Shown here piece after piece: positions 37,822 through 48,086 of a stretch of 64,000 nucleotides of DNA. The stretch's first letter is position 1. Every line of letters starts with the position of its first letter. The stretch lies in the NCBI GenBank assembly GCA_964577975.1, contig CAZOBB010000199.1, positions 7,325 to 71,324 on the forward strand, written 5' to 3'. The DNA is from an uncultured Thermodesulfobacteriota bacterium (lineage in GTDB: Bacteria; Desulfobacterota; S145-22). A program made the position numbers and the translations under genes. The notes beneath the pieces were generated by a model. That model worked only from the letters and a program-made list of their open reading frames with translations. It searched no databases and was not told the DNA's origin.

Positions 37822-39063
37822 ATGAAAAAAAGCAAAACCTATTGGGTAATCGGCGTAATGGTCTTCTTTTTCGTCGCTGCGGGACTTATTCTTTCCCCCG
37901 TGGCCCAAGCAAAAGATGTCGTGAAAGTGGGGTGCTGTCTGACGTTGACGGGCAAATATGCAAAAGCAGGAAAATTTTTCAAACGTGGCTACGAGATGGC
38001 TATCGAAGAAATTAATGCCAAAGGGGGAATCCCTCTCAAAAACGGCAAAAAGGTGAAGGTCAAATTGATTCTTTACGATGACAAGAGCGATCCGACCACG
38101 GCGGTCAACCTTTCCGAACACCTCATCACAGTAGATAAAGTGGACGTCATGTTGGGATCCTACAGCACATCTCAAGTCAACGCCCAATCGGTTGTTCCCG
38201 AGAAATATGGCGTCCCCTACGTAAATGGGGGAGGAGCCTCTTCCTTCATATACAGCCGCGGCTTCAAATGGATCTTCGGAACATTGGCTTCCATTAGCGA
38301 GTTGTCTTATACAGAAATGACCCTTTTGAAAGAATTGATCGACAAAGGCAAGCTGCCGAAACCTTGCAAGATTGCTCTTTCGTGGGAAAACAATGCCCAC
38401 GGAAAAGACTTCGAAGCAGGTGTCAAGAAAGCGATGAAGGAACACCCGGGATATTTCAAATTGGTCCTCGACGAGCCTTTTCAGAAGAACACAAAAAACT
38501 ATGCCCCCCTTCTCATCAAGGTGAAAAGCGCCAACGCGGACGTTTATCTTTCCGACTGTCACTTCCCTCAATTTTCTGCCCAGCACAAACAGTACAGTGA
38601 GATGGGGCTGTACCACAAATTCGTGAGCTATGGTGCCCGAGGACCAGAAACCAACGCCCGTAAAAGCCTAGGAGATGCGGTAAACTATCTGGTAGCCGCT
38701 CAATGGTGGACGCCGTTACTGCCATATCCCCAATCCAAGGCCTTTGCCAAAATGTATAAAGAAAAATACAAGGAAGACATCTCAGAATGGTACCCTGCCC
38801 TAGCCTACGAAACAGCGAGGATCCTTTTCAAGGCCATTGAGATCGCAGGATCTCTCGACCGGAAGGCCATTCGAAACGCGCTCGAAAATATGGAGTTCAA
38901 ACCGGCCATCGTGGCAGGACAGGTCATTAAATTCGACAAGAAAACGCATCAGGCCACCTATCCTTATGTGATCGTCCAAAACATGCCTGGCGGAAAAATT
39001 GTGGCCGTTTATCCAAAAAATGCCGCAACGGGCCAAATCGTCTGTCCCATTCCCAAAAAATAA
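37822..39063 (+). CDS. livK: Branched-chain amino acid ABC transporter substrate-binding protein
   Basis: Signal peptide and a type-I periplasmic binding fold of the LivK/LivJ family. 413 aa. Confidence 0.85.
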   Translation: MKKSKTYWVIGVMVFFFVAAGLILSPVAQAKDVVKVGCCLTLTGKYAKAGKFFKRGYEMAIEEINAKGGIPLKNGKKVKVKLILYDDKSDPTTAVNLSEHLITVDKVDVMLGSYSTSQVNAQSVVPEKYGVPYVNGGGASSFIYSRGFKWIFGTLASISELSYTEMTLLKELIDKGKLPKPCKIALSWENNAHGKDFEAGVKKAMKEHPGYFKLVLDEPFQKNTKNYAPLLIKVKSANADVYLSDCHFPQFSAQHKQYSEMGLYHKFVSYGARGPETNARKSLGDAVNYLVAAQWWTPLLPYPQSKAFAKMYKEKYKEDISEWYPALAYETARILFKAIEIAGSLDRKAIRNALENMEFKPAIVAGQVIKFDKKTHQATYPYVIVQNMPGGKIVAVYPKNAATGQIVCPIPKK

Positions 39064-39141
39064 CTGGATCAACTCCAACCGGCGGGCTGACTTCCCTTTC
39101 AGCCCGCCCTTTTCCCCTACCGAGAGAGGAAAGGAACACAG

Positions 39142-40005
39142 ATGAGTATCAACTATCTTCTAGTGAATGCTATCTTGTTTGGGGCCTTGTACGCGAGCAT
39201 TGCGTACGGTCTCTCTCTCATCTATGGGGTAATGAAAGTTGTCAACTTGGCCCATGGCGGAACCCTCATGCTTAGTGCCTATGTTGCTTACACCCTTTTC
39301 ACTCAATTTCATATTGATCCCATTCTCTCATTGTTCGTCGCCCTTCCCGTCTTCTTTCTTTTGGGGATGCTGATCCAACGCTACCTTGTCGACAAAATCA
39401 TGGACGCCCCCCAAATCGCTTCCTTACTCCTCCTCTTCGGGGTGTGGCTGCTTATGAAAAACGTAGCTTATCTCATTTGGTCGGGAGACGAGGTAGGGTA
39501 CAACCTGAGCTACGCCCTGAAAACCGTCAAGATCCTGGTTCCCGTTTCCATACCACGCATAATCATCTTTGTTATCTCCATCATCACCACCGTTTTATTG
39601 CTCATGTTTTTGAAACGAACGTATCTCGGGAAAGCCATGCGTGCCTTGTCCCAGAATCGGGACGCGTGTAGCCTGGTAGGAATTCCCGTAAGACGCGTGG
39701 CTCAGATCACGTTCGGACTCGGCACCGCTTTGGCAGCTCTCGGGGGCATTCTCGCTTCCATGATCTATTCCTTCTCTCCCGAATTCGGAGGCAACTTTCT
39801 CTTGAAAAGCTTCTGTATCATCGTCCTTGGAGGGATGGAGAGCACCCTCGGCGTCATCGTGGGAGCCCTCATCCTCAGCCTCATCGAATCGTTCAGCATC
39901 CTCGTTATCCCCATTGACCTCCAAGAGATGATAAGCTTTGTGTTACTGGTGCTGATTCTCGTCGTAAAACCCACGGGTATCTTCGGAAGAAGGGCAACGA
40001 TTTGA
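39142..40005 (+). CDS. livH: Branched-chain amino acid ABC transporter permease LivH
   Basis: Multi-TM permease of 287 aa. Operon position and family fit. Confidence 0.85.
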   Translation: MSINYLLVNAILFGALYASIAYGLSLIYGVMKVVNLAHGGTLMLSAYVAYTLFTQFHIDPILSLFVALPVFFLLGMLIQRYLVDKIMDAPQIASLLLLFGVWLLMKNVAYLIWSGDEVGYNLSYALKTVKILVPVSIPRIIIFVISIITTVLLLMFLKRTYLGKAMRALSQNRDACSLVGIPVRRVAQITFGLGTALAALGGILASMIYSFSPEFGGNFLLKSFCIIVLGGMESTLGVIVGALILSLIESFSILVIPIDLQEMISFVLLVLILVVKPTGIFGRRATI

Positions 40006-40006
40006 C

Positions 40007-40960
40007 ATGAAAAGCATATCGAAACTTCAAGGGCTTTATGCCGTTCTGGTTCTTCTTCTCTTTCTCCTCCCCCTTTTCGTCCATAATCAGTATGTGATCC
40101 ATCTGGGCATCATGACGTTCCTCTTTATCACCATCGCCATCGGATGGAACATTCTCGGAGGCTATACGGGTCAAATTTCTTTCGGCCACGCCAGTTTCTT
40201 CGGTATCGGTGCCTATACGACCGCCATTCTCTGGCTGCGCCTAGGAATGCCCCCCCTCTTGACAATCCCTTTAGGAGGGCTTTTAGCCGCCGCCTTTGGC
40301 GTATTATGGGGTTACCCCCTTCTCCGGTTACGCGGCTATTTTTTCGCCATCGCCACCATCGGTGTGGGAGAAGCCACACGGGTATTGGCCAGTTTTTGGG
40401 AGTCCTTGACGGGGGGATCTTCTGGTTTAACCCTTCCCGTTCCAAAAGTCTTCAGCAAGGTCCCCTTCTACTACGAAATGCTGATTATCGCTTTTTTGGT
40501 CTTCCTTCTTTCCGTTTGGGTCTACCGCTCCAAATTCGGCCTCGGGCTCTTTGCCATAAAGGACGACATCGATGCATCGGAAACACTAGGCATCAACACC
40601 CCTTTGTACAAGATTCTAGCTCTCGCTCTCAGCGGGTTTATCGTTGGCGTGGGAGGAAGTTTCTATGCTCAATACATCTTTTATGTGGAACCCGGTGATG
40701 TCTTCAGCTTCGAAAAGAGCGTGAATCTCATCCTCATCAATATCGTGGGAGGGGTAGGAACCATCTTTGGCCCCATCTTTGGCGCCCTCATTTTTCTTGT
40801 CTTGCAAGAGTTCGTTCTGGTCCTCTTTCCCAATCTGCATCTTCTCGTTTACGGGTTACTTTTGGTACTCATCATCATCTACCAACCAAACGGGCTGGCG
40901 GGATTGATCGCCTATCTCAAGCGGAAAATGGCGAAAAAGAAACACAACCGTGGAACATAG
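40007..40960 (+). CDS. livM: Branched-chain amino acid ABC transporter permease LivM
   Basis: Multi-TM permease of 317 aa. Its start overlaps the livH stop. Confidence 0.85.
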   Translation: MKSISKLQGLYAVLVLLLFLLPLFVHNQYVIHLGIMTFLFITIAIGWNILGGYTGQISFGHASFFGIGAYTTAILWLRLGMPPLLTIPLGGLLAAAFGVLWGYPLLRLRGYFFAIATIGVGEATRVLASFWESLTGGSSGLTLPVPKVFSKVPFYYEMLIIAFLVFLLSVWVYRSKFGLGLFAIKDDIDASETLGINTPLYKILALALSGFIVGVGGSFYAQYIFYVEPGDVFSFEKSVNLILINIVGGVGTIFGPIFGALIFLVLQEFVLVLFPNLHLLVYGLLLVLIIIYQPNGLAGLIAYLKRKMAKKKHNRGT

Positions 40961-40963
40961 ACG

Positions 40964-41683
40964 ATGGCCTTTCTAAACGTAACAAACTGCACAAAAAACT
41001 TTGGCGGACTGCTAGCGGTCAACGATGTGACATTCTCCGTCAAACAAGGAGAATTGTTAGGGTTGATCGGTCCCAATGGAGCGGGAAAAACCACCATGTT
41101 CAATATGATCAGCGGCGTCTACAAACCAACGACGGGTCAGATCATCTATCGAGAGCGATACCCTATTCACGCCCTCAACACGCACCGGATCTGCCACATT
41201 GGGATCGCACGAACCTACCAGGTGGTAAAGCCTTTTCTGAACATGACCATTCTAAAAAATGTCCTGGTAGGCGCCTATTTCGGCAAAAGGGGCACCCTCA
41301 AAAAAGACGCCACCCGAATCGCCCAAGAGGTCCTGGAATTCACGGGCCTATGGGAACGTCGCGACGAAATCGCCGGAAGCCTGAACGTGCCCAGCCGAAA
41401 GCGGTTAGAAATCGCCCGAGCTCTGGCAACCCAACCAGATCTGCTCCTGCTCGATGAAGTGATGGCAGGTCTCAACCCCGCCGAGACCCAAAAGACGATG
41501 GAGCTTGTCCGGCAGATCCAGGAACGAGGCATAACCATCATTATGATTGAACACGTCATGCAAGCCGTGATGGGACTTTCCGAAAGAATCATCGTATTAA
41601 ACTACGGAGAAATCATCGCGGAAGGTACCCCGCAAGAGGTGGCAAACAACCCTGAAGTTATTAAGGCCTATCTAGGTGACTAA
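40964..41683 (+). CDS. livG: Branched-chain amino acid ABC transporter ATP-binding protein LivG
   Basis: Walker A GPNGAGKTT and Walker B LLLLDEVMAGL. Confidence 0.85.
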   Translation: MAFLNVTNCTKNFGGLLAVNDVTFSVKQGELLGLIGPNGAGKTTMFNMISGVYKPTTGQIIYRERYPIHALNTHRICHIGIARTYQVVKPFLNMTILKNVLVGAYFGKRGTLKKDATRIAQEVLEFTGLWERRDEIAGSLNVPSRKRLEIARALATQPDLLLLDEVMAGLNPAETQKTMELVRQIQERGITIIMIEHVMQAVMGLSERIIVLNYGEIIAEGTPQEVANNPEVIKAYLGD

Positions 41684-41685
41684 TC

Positions 41686-42393
41686 ATGCTGCTCAAAATT
41701 AAAGATCTCAGCGTTTTTTACGGGGATATGCAGGCCCTGTGGAACGTAAGCTTTGAGGTTGAAAAAGGAGAGCTTGTAACCCTCGTGGGGGCCAACGGCG
41801 CAGGTAAAACCACTACGATCAACGCCATTTCCGGGCTTCTTCCCAACAAAAAGGGAGAAATATATTTCAAAGATCACCCAATCCATGAGATGGAGCCCCA
41901 CGAAATCACAGCTCTAGGGATAATTCAGGTGCCGGAAGGACGAAAGCTTTGGCCCAATCTCACCGTGTTGGAAAATTTGGAACTGGGGGCCTACCTGAAG
42001 GTAAACCGGAAAGAAAAGAATAAAAATCTCGATCGGGTCTACGATCTCTTCCCGCGCCTCAAAGAACGGGAAGATCAACTGGCAGGCACCTTATCGGGCG
42101 GGGAACAACAAATGGTAGCCATCGGCCGCGCCATGATGTCCCAGCCTGAAATTCTAATGTTGGACGAACCCTCCTTGGGACTCGCCCCCATCTTGGTGAA
42201 AGACCTCTTCAAAATCATCCGGAGAATTAACGAACAAGGCGTAACGGTTCTCCTCGTGGAGCAAAATCTCCGTTATGCCCTCGAAAATTCGACGCGCGGT
42301 TACGTCTTGGAAACGGGAAGGGTCACCCTGTCGGGGTCTAGCTCAGAATTACTCGAAAATCCTCACGTCAAGAAGGCCTATTTGGGAATGTAG
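41686..42393 (+). CDS. livF: Branched-chain amino acid ABC transporter ATP-binding protein LivF
   Basis: Walker A GANGAGKTT, signature LSGGEQQM, Walker B LMLDEPSLGL. Confidence 0.85.
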   Translation: MLLKIKDLSVFYGDMQALWNVSFEVEKGELVTLVGANGAGKTTTINAISGLLPNKKGEIYFKDHPIHEMEPHEITALGIIQVPEGRKLWPNLTVLENLELGAYLKVNRKEKNKNLDRVYDLFPRLKEREDQLAGTLSGGEQQMVAIGRAMMSQPEILMLDEPSLGLAPILVKDLFKIIRRINEQGVTVLLVEQNLRYALENSTRGYVLETGRVTLSGSSSELLENPHVKKAYLGM

Positions 42394-42469
42394 GCTGTCA
42401 TCCCCGTCTTGTATTCACGACCCCGAGATTGTATGCTTATAGTAACGAATCGCAAAGGAAAGAGAAGGC

Positions 42470-44233
42470 ATGAGGGACACGATTTCGCAACGTAGTCTAT
42501 CAGGGATCATTCAAGTTTCGCTCTTCCAAACACCACCCGATAAGATACTGAAAGCAAAGGGAATAGCCAATGTTTTCACGGGAGAAATCCAAGAAAACGT
42601 CTATGTAGGTATTCACAAAAATAGGATCGCCTACATCACGGGATGGGATCACTCCCTTTGTGTTGGAGACCAGACTGAGATAGTCGATCTGACGGATACC
42701 TTTTTATGTCCAGGCCTCATCGACGGCCACACTCATATCGATGCCGGTATGACCCTAAAAGAATTTCTTTCGTATGCCATTCCTGGAGGGGCAACAACCG
42801 TCGTAACGGAAACGACGGCTATCGCATCGGTTCTGGGAAAGAGAGGGGTATTCTCCTTTCTGCGGCAGGCATCGCGTCAACCCATCCCCATCTTTATCAC
42901 GGCTCCCGCCGAAATCCCTCCCTATCCCGATTTCGAAACGTGTCATCCGTTCGACGACAAGGACTTTTTCGAGATCATCGCTCACAAACGAACGTTAGGG
43001 ATCGGAGAAATCTACTGGAAGGCTTTGATCGAACGGGATTCATCCCTTCTCAAAAGGGTCGCGACGACTCTAAATCTCGGCAAGATGGTGGAAGGCCATG
43101 CCGCCGGAGCGAGAAAGGAAAAACTCGAAGCCTATGTCGCAACCGGCGTATCAAGTTGCCACGAATCCATTTCACCCGAAGAGGTCTTGGAAAAGCGTCG
43201 CCTGGGTATGGACGTCATGGTACGCTGTGGGTATATCCGCGACGACTTGAAAGCCATTGCCCCATTCCTAAAAGACAAGGTAACCGATGGTATCCTTCTC
43301 GTCAGCGATGGATATTCCCCTAAGATGTTGATTCAGGAAGGGTATCTCAATCACATCGCCCGTCTTGCCGTGGAAAGGGGGATAAATCCCGTCGAGACCG
43401 TTCGGATGCTCTCCCTCAATGTGGCTCGCCATTTCCAACTCGAAAGAAGGGGAGCAATCGCCCCAGGGTGGTTTGCCGATATTGTCGCCGTCAAGGATCT
43501 GAACGATTTCGAGGTGCGGTGTGTCATCTCCGAGGGAACCGTCATTTGGAAAGACGGGACGTTCCTCAAACAGCCGGTGCCCGACACCTACCCAAACTAT
43601 TATCGAAAAACCATCACCCTTCCCGAGGCACACGAAATCGATTTCTATCTCTGGGGAGCCAACAATCCCACCGACGTTCACGTCGTCGAGATCAAAACAG
43701 AAACAGTAACCGGCCTTACCACCGCGCGTCTGCCTCTCTCCGACGAGGGAAACATCCTCGCGGATCCCGCACACGATATCCTGAAATTCAGCGTCCTTTA
43801 CCGTCACGCCGAGTCGTCTCCGGAGGTCATAGGGTTTCTTAAGGGATTTGGACTAAAAGAAGGAGCCATCGCTTGCAGCCTCACGTGGGATTGTAACAAC
43901 ATCATCGTCATCGGTCCCAATGAGTGTGACATGGCCGCCGCCGTCAACCGTCTCCGAGACATCGGAGGAGGAGCCGTCTTCACCTTAGGAGAAGAAGTGG
44001 TGGTTGAAGTTCCACTTCCCCTAGCGGGCATTATAAGCGAAAAACCTCTAACGGAACTTGCTTGCGAGATCAACGAGCTTGAACTTACCCTCAAAGAAAC
44101 GGGATGCCCCTTGGAAAGGCCCTTTTTGGTGCTTCAAACCCTCCCCTTTACGGGACTCCCCTTCTACCGTCTCACGGATAAGGGGTTGGTGGACATCCGC
44201 GCCAAGAAATTGATCCCCGTCATCATTCCATGA
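42470..44233 (+). CDS. ade: Adenine deaminase (amidohydrolase superfamily)
   Basis: Metal-binding motif PGLIDGHTHID and the C-terminal Adenine_deam_C region. 587 aa. Confidence 0.8.
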   Translation: MRDTISQRSLSGIIQVSLFQTPPDKILKAKGIANVFTGEIQENVYVGIHKNRIAYITGWDHSLCVGDQTEIVDLTDTFLCPGLIDGHTHIDAGMTLKEFLSYAIPGGATTVVTETTAIASVLGKRGVFSFLRQASRQPIPIFITAPAEIPPYPDFETCHPFDDKDFFEIIAHKRTLGIGEIYWKALIERDSSLLKRVATTLNLGKMVEGHAAGARKEKLEAYVATGVSSCHESISPEEVLEKRRLGMDVMVRCGYIRDDLKAIAPFLKDKVTDGILLVSDGYSPKMLIQEGYLNHIARLAVERGINPVETVRMLSLNVARHFQLERRGAIAPGWFADIVAVKDLNDFEVRCVISEGTVIWKDGTFLKQPVPDTYPNYYRKTITLPEAHEIDFYLWGANNPTDVHVVEIKTETVTGLTTARLPLSDEGNILADPAHDILKFSVLYRHAESSPEVIGFLKGFGLKEGAIACSLTWDCNNIIVIGPNECDMAAAVNRLRDIGGGAVFTLGEEVVVEVPLPLAGIISEKPLTELACEINELELTLKETGCPLERPFLVLQTLPFTGLPFYRLTDKGLVDIRAKKLIPVIIP

Positions 44234-44745
44234 AGGAACAAGACGAAATCTACGCGGTCGTCGACGCTGAAGACAGGGTCATCGGAAAGGCCACGCGGGA
44301 GAAAATCCACCGAGAAGGGCTCTTTCATCGCAGTGTCCATATCTTCGTCTTCAACAAGGACGGCCAACTCTACATCCAGAAACGCTCCATGAACAAAGAT
44401 ATGTATCCTGGGCTTTGGGATTCCTCAGCAGCAGGCCACGTTGATTTCGGAGAGACCTACGAAACGGCAGCGGCAAGAGAATTGGAAGAAGAGTTGGGTT
44501 TGAGATCCAGAGTCATCCCCTGGTTTAAAATCCGCGCTTGCCAAGAAACAGGGTGGGAACACGTAACCTTTTTCACCGCTCACGCCTCAGGGAAAATTCG
44601 GGCAAATCCCTCAGAAATTATGGAAGGAAAATTCATCGACATCCCCAAGCTCTCCCTATGGGTCACCCATACGCCTTCCATCTTTGCACCCGGTTTCCTC
44701 CTTGTCTACAAATTGGCACTGGGGCGAGGGATTCTCTATCGTTAA
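44230..44745 (+). CDS. NUDIX hydrolase
   Basis: Nudix box G-x5-E-x7-REuxEExGu (GHVDFGETYETAAARELEEELGL). The ATGA overlap with the ade stop indicates coupling. Confidence 0.75.
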   Translation: MKEQDEIYAVVDAEDRVIGKATREKIHREGLFHRSVHIFVFNKDGQLYIQKRSMNKDMYPGLWDSSAAGHVDFGETYETAAARELEEELGLRSRVIPWFKIRACQETGWEHVTFFTAHASGKIRANPSEIMEGKFIDIPKLSLWVTHTPSIFAPGFLLVYKLALGRGILYR

Positions 44746-44751
44746 AGAGAC

Positions 44752-45435
44752 ATGACCGCTATTGAAATCATCCCTGGCATTTTTCAAGTAGGAGGACCAG
44801 GACTCACCGACACCAACGACTGTCTGTCTTACCTCATCCAGGGTTCCCCAACAGTCCTCATAGACACGGGGGCCGGCCCTTCCGCTTCGACCATTGCTTC
44901 TAACATCACAGAGACGGGATGCAGTCTCAATGATATAGAAATCCTTTTTCTAACCCATTGCCATATTGATCACATCGGAGGGGCTTTTTATTTCAAAAGG
45001 CATTGCCCCAATCTCACAATTATCGCGCACGCCCGTGATGCCGAAGCCATCCAAACGGGAGATCCTATCCAAACGGCTGCCACGTGGTACGGCCTTCGGT
45101 TGGCCCCTTTGCCACTCGATGTAACCTTCCACGAAGATAAAAAAGAAATCCAAGCCACGCCCTCTCCCGTAACGTTTCTCCACACTCCCGGACACACACC
45201 GGGTTCCTGTGTCGTGCTGACCGAGCGCCAGGGAGTAAAGGTCCTTTTTGGCCAAGATATTCACGGCCCTTTCATGGCCGAATTTGGATCCGATCTCTCC
45301 CTTTGGAAAAACTCGATGGAACGACTTCTCCGCCTCGAAGCGGACATTCTATGCGAAGGTCATTATGGAATCATCAAAGGTAAAGAGGAGGTGCGTTCCT
45401 TTATCCAGCATCATCTCAATCTTGAAGGTTTTTAG
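44752..45435 (+). CDS. MBL-fold metallo-hydrolase
   Basis: HxHxDH motif (THCHIDHIGG) and downstream His/Asp ligands. 227 aa. Confidence 0.7.
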   Translation: MTAIEIIPGIFQVGGPGLTDTNDCLSYLIQGSPTVLIDTGAGPSASTIASNITETGCSLNDIEILFLTHCHIDHIGGAFYFKRHCPNLTIIAHARDAEAIQTGDPIQTAATWYGLRLAPLPLDVTFHEDKKEIQATPSPVTFLHTPGHTPGSCVVLTERQGVKVLFGQDIHGPFMAEFGSDLSLWKNSMERLLRLEADILCEGHYGIIKGKEEVRSFIQHHLNLEGF

Positions 45436-45569
45436 GCAAAGACTCTCTCGATCAATAACCCTTTAAGGAAAATAAAATCCTTTCCATCAAGCTTGTTACC
45501 TTGACAGCACAAACGCGGGTATGGTACGCATAGTCCAACTACTCGAAAGTGCAAAGGATTTAAGGAGCT

Positions 45570-46937
45570 TTGAGCAAACGGAAGAAAAACGGAATTGTAA
45601 GATTTTTTTGTTCCCTAAAACTGACCATTACTTTGTTGATTCTTCTCGCCGTAGTCTCCATCTTTGGGACGGTCATTCCCCAACGTCTGTCCGACTCCCA
45701 ATACCTGCAACATTATCCGCAAGGGCTCTTCTACTTCTTCAAGTTCATCGGCGTGTTCGACCTGTATCACGCCTGGTGGTTTCAACTTCTCCTCGTCCTC
45801 CTGATCGTCAATCTCATCTTCTGCTCGCTCGAACGTTTCCCCAAGGCGTGGGCTTTCTTCTCCACTCCCAAAAAGTGGCTCGAACCAGAAGAAATAGCCA
45901 AATTTCCCCTAAAAGAGCGCTTTGTGATTTCCGAGAAGTCTCGCAATCCAGTGCAAATCGCCGAGATCGTAACTTCCCAACTCAAACACGTAACCAAGGA
46001 AGAAAGAGACGGAAGGGTGGTTCTCTTTCACGAGCGGGGGAAAATCTCAAGACTGGGTGTATACATCACCCACCTCAGTGTCATCATCATCATTTTAGGG
46101 GCGCTCATTGGGTCTTTGTTTGGATTCGAGGCCTTTGTAAGCTTACTGGAGGGGACCTCCACCAACCGGGTCTTCCTGCGCGATGGCAAGAATACTCCCA
46201 TGATGCTGGATTTCACGATACGGTGCGACGATTTCGACATAGCCCTCTATCCCAACGGCATGGTCAAAGAGTATACGAGTACATTAAGTATCCTGAAAAA
46301 CGGGAAAGTCGTCATTGATCACCAAAAGGTTGAGGTTAACCATCCCTTGATGTTTGAGGGAATCCGATTCTACCAGGCCTCTTATGAGAAACAACGCTCC
46401 CCTCTGATGACGATCGCCGTCACCTCGAGGGGAAAAACCATACACAAGACCTTCAAGGTCATGGGAGGGGTAGAGGTCCCCTTGGGAGACGGGTTCCGTT
46501 TCTCCGTTCTTCAATACCATCCAGATCTTCAGGGATTTGGGCCCGCCGTTCAAATTCAGGAGCAATCCCCGCAGAAAAAATCTGTAAAAACCTTTTGGAT
46601 CTTCCTAAATTACCCAGATTTTGATAAAAAGCGAAATGGAAAACACATCTATGTTCTTAAGAACATAGAAGAACTATACTCAACGGGGCTTCAAGTAACG
46701 AAAGATCCGGGAGTGTGGATCGTGTGGCTGGGATGTTTGATGATGATTGGAGGATTAATTATAACCTTCTTTATCTCCCATCGCCGAGTGTGGATTATTA
46801 TAGAACCCACGAATAAAAAAATTGCCATCTCTATCGTCGGATCGACCAACCGTAATCTCATTGGCTTCGAAGGAGAATTTCAAAAAACGGTAAATACCCT
46901 TCGCGCCAACATCGAACAAAAATCATCAACTTCCTGA
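45570..46937 (+). CDS. resB: Cytochrome c biogenesis protein ResB/Ccs1 (system II)
   Basis: N-terminal TM region (LKLTITLLILLAVVSIFGTVIPQ), a large periplasmic domain and a C-terminal TM. 455 aa. Confidence 0.8.
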   Translation: MSKRKKNGIVRFFCSLKLTITLLILLAVVSIFGTVIPQRLSDSQYLQHYPQGLFYFFKFIGVFDLYHAWWFQLLLVLLIVNLIFCSLERFPKAWAFFSTPKKWLEPEEIAKFPLKERFVISEKSRNPVQIAEIVTSQLKHVTKEERDGRVVLFHERGKISRLGVYITHLSVIIIILGALIGSLFGFEAFVSLLEGTSTNRVFLRDGKNTPMMLDFTIRCDDFDIALYPNGMVKEYTSTLSILKNGKVVIDHQKVEVNHPLMFEGIRFYQASYEKQRSPLMTIAVTSRGKTIHKTFKVMGGVEVPLGDGFRFSVLQYHPDLQGFGPAVQIQEQSPQKKSVKTFWIFLNYPDFDKKRNGKHIYVLKNIEELYSTGLQVTKDPGVWIVWLGCLMMIGGLIITFFISHRRVWIIIEPTNKKIAISIVGSTNRNLIGFEGEFQKTVNTLRANIEQKSSTS

Positions 46938-46949
46938 TCCTCTCATACC

Positions 46950-47789
46950 ATGAAGGATAAAACGAAAAAGCCCGTACGAGCCCTTGTTCTTACAGGAAAC
47001 GGAACGAACTGTGAAAGGGAGATGGCCCACGCCTGTAAACTCGGGGGGGTGGATCACGTCGAAATCGTTCATATCGCCTGGCTCCTTGACGGAGACGTTT
47101 CATTGAGGGATTTCGACTTTTTGAACTTACCAGGAGGATTTCTTGATGGGGATGATATGGGCGCTGCCCGTGCCTCCGCCAACCGCTTCAAATACAGAAA
47201 AATAAAAGGGACCACAACGACACTCCTCGAAGAAATTCAGCGATTTGTCGAGGATGGGAAACTGGTTTTCGGCGTATGCAACGGGTTCCAACTCTTGGTC
47301 AAATTGGGGCTGCTGCCAGGCATCCAGAGAAACGCCCCCCCCTCCCAAATGGTAACGCTCACCCATAACGATTCCGGAAAATTCGAAGACAGGTGGGTAA
47401 CCCTGTCGGTCAACGCCGAGTCTCCCTGTGTTTTTACAAAAGGAATTACACACATCTATCTTCCCGTTCGCCATGGCGAAGGAAAATTTTACCCCAAATC
47501 CGAAGATGTATTGGACATTATCAAAGAAAAACGACTTAACACCCTAATGTATTGTTCACCCGAAACGGGTGAACCCACAAATCAATACCCTTACAACCCC
47601 AACGGCTCCATTGGAGCAATCGCCGGTCTGTGTGACGCAACGGGACGTGTCTTCGGGATGATGCCCCATCCGGAAGCATTTCTCCACCGAACAAACCACC
47701 CACGTTGGACACGAGAGAATCTTCCAGAGGAAGGGGAAGGAATCATCTTTTTCAAAAACGCGGTTGAATACCTGAAAGAGAGGAACTAA
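46950..47789 (+). CDS. PurQ-like class I glutamine amidotransferase (FGAM synthase I-like)
   Basis: GATase1 nucleophile elbow (GVCNGFQLL) and downstream His/Glu. Longer than typical PurQ at 279 aa. Confidence 0.6.
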   Translation: MKDKTKKPVRALVLTGNGTNCEREMAHACKLGGVDHVEIVHIAWLLDGDVSLRDFDFLNLPGGFLDGDDMGAARASANRFKYRKIKGTTTTLLEEIQRFVEDGKLVFGVCNGFQLLVKLGLLPGIQRNAPPSQMVTLTHNDSGKFEDRWVTLSVNAESPCVFTKGITHIYLPVRHGEGKFYPKSEDVLDIIKEKRLNTLMYCSPETGEPTNQYPYNPNGSIGAIAGLCDATGRVFGMMPHPEAFLHRTNHPRWTRENLPEEGEGIIFFKNAVEYLKERN

Positions 47790-47802
47790 CAAGGGGGGAA
47801 CT

Positions 47803-48084
47803 ATGAACAAAGCAGAACTGGTCCAAGAATTGGTCAAACAAAGTCATATCACGCAAAAGGTTGCCAAGATCGTCGTCGATACCATTTTTGAAGAGATGAA
47901 ACAGGCGCTTGTCAAAGGAGAACGGATCGAAATCCGTGGTTTCGGAAGCTTCTCCATTCGCCAATACGATGGCTACGAAGGGCGTAATCCGAAAACAGGT
48001 GAAACGGTCCGCGTAGCTCCAAAACGGCTTCCTTTCTTCAAGGTTGGGAAAGAACTTCGAGAAAGAATCAATCGGGCCCGTTAA
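47803..48084 (+). CDS. ihfB: Integration host factor beta subunit-like (HU/IHF family)
   Basis: GERIEIRGFGSFS and RNPKTGE motifs, and a beta-arm. 93 aa. Confidence 0.8.
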   Translation: MNKAELVQELVKQSHITQKVAKIVVDTIFEEMKQALVKGERIEIRGFGSFSIRQYDGYEGRNPKTGETVRVAPKRLPFFKVGKELRERINRAR

Positions 48085-48086
48085 GT

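Noticed and set aside
37804-38616. 270-aa minus-strand ORF
   Set aside because: Antisense to livK, which has a clear signal peptide and binding-protein fold. Judged spurious.
42470-45435. Adenine deaminase + Nudix + MBL as a RADAR-like or nucleotide-depletion defence system
   Set aside because: The deaminase is a standard approximately 590-aa amidohydrolase adenine deaminase. It has no AAA+ partner and sits in a transporter operon. A metabolic role is more parsimonious.
45436-45569. Possible promoter or small RNA between the MBL hydrolase and resB
   Set aside because: A TTGACA hexamer is present, but no acceptable -10 at 16-18-nt spacing and no stable hairpin. Nothing supportable.
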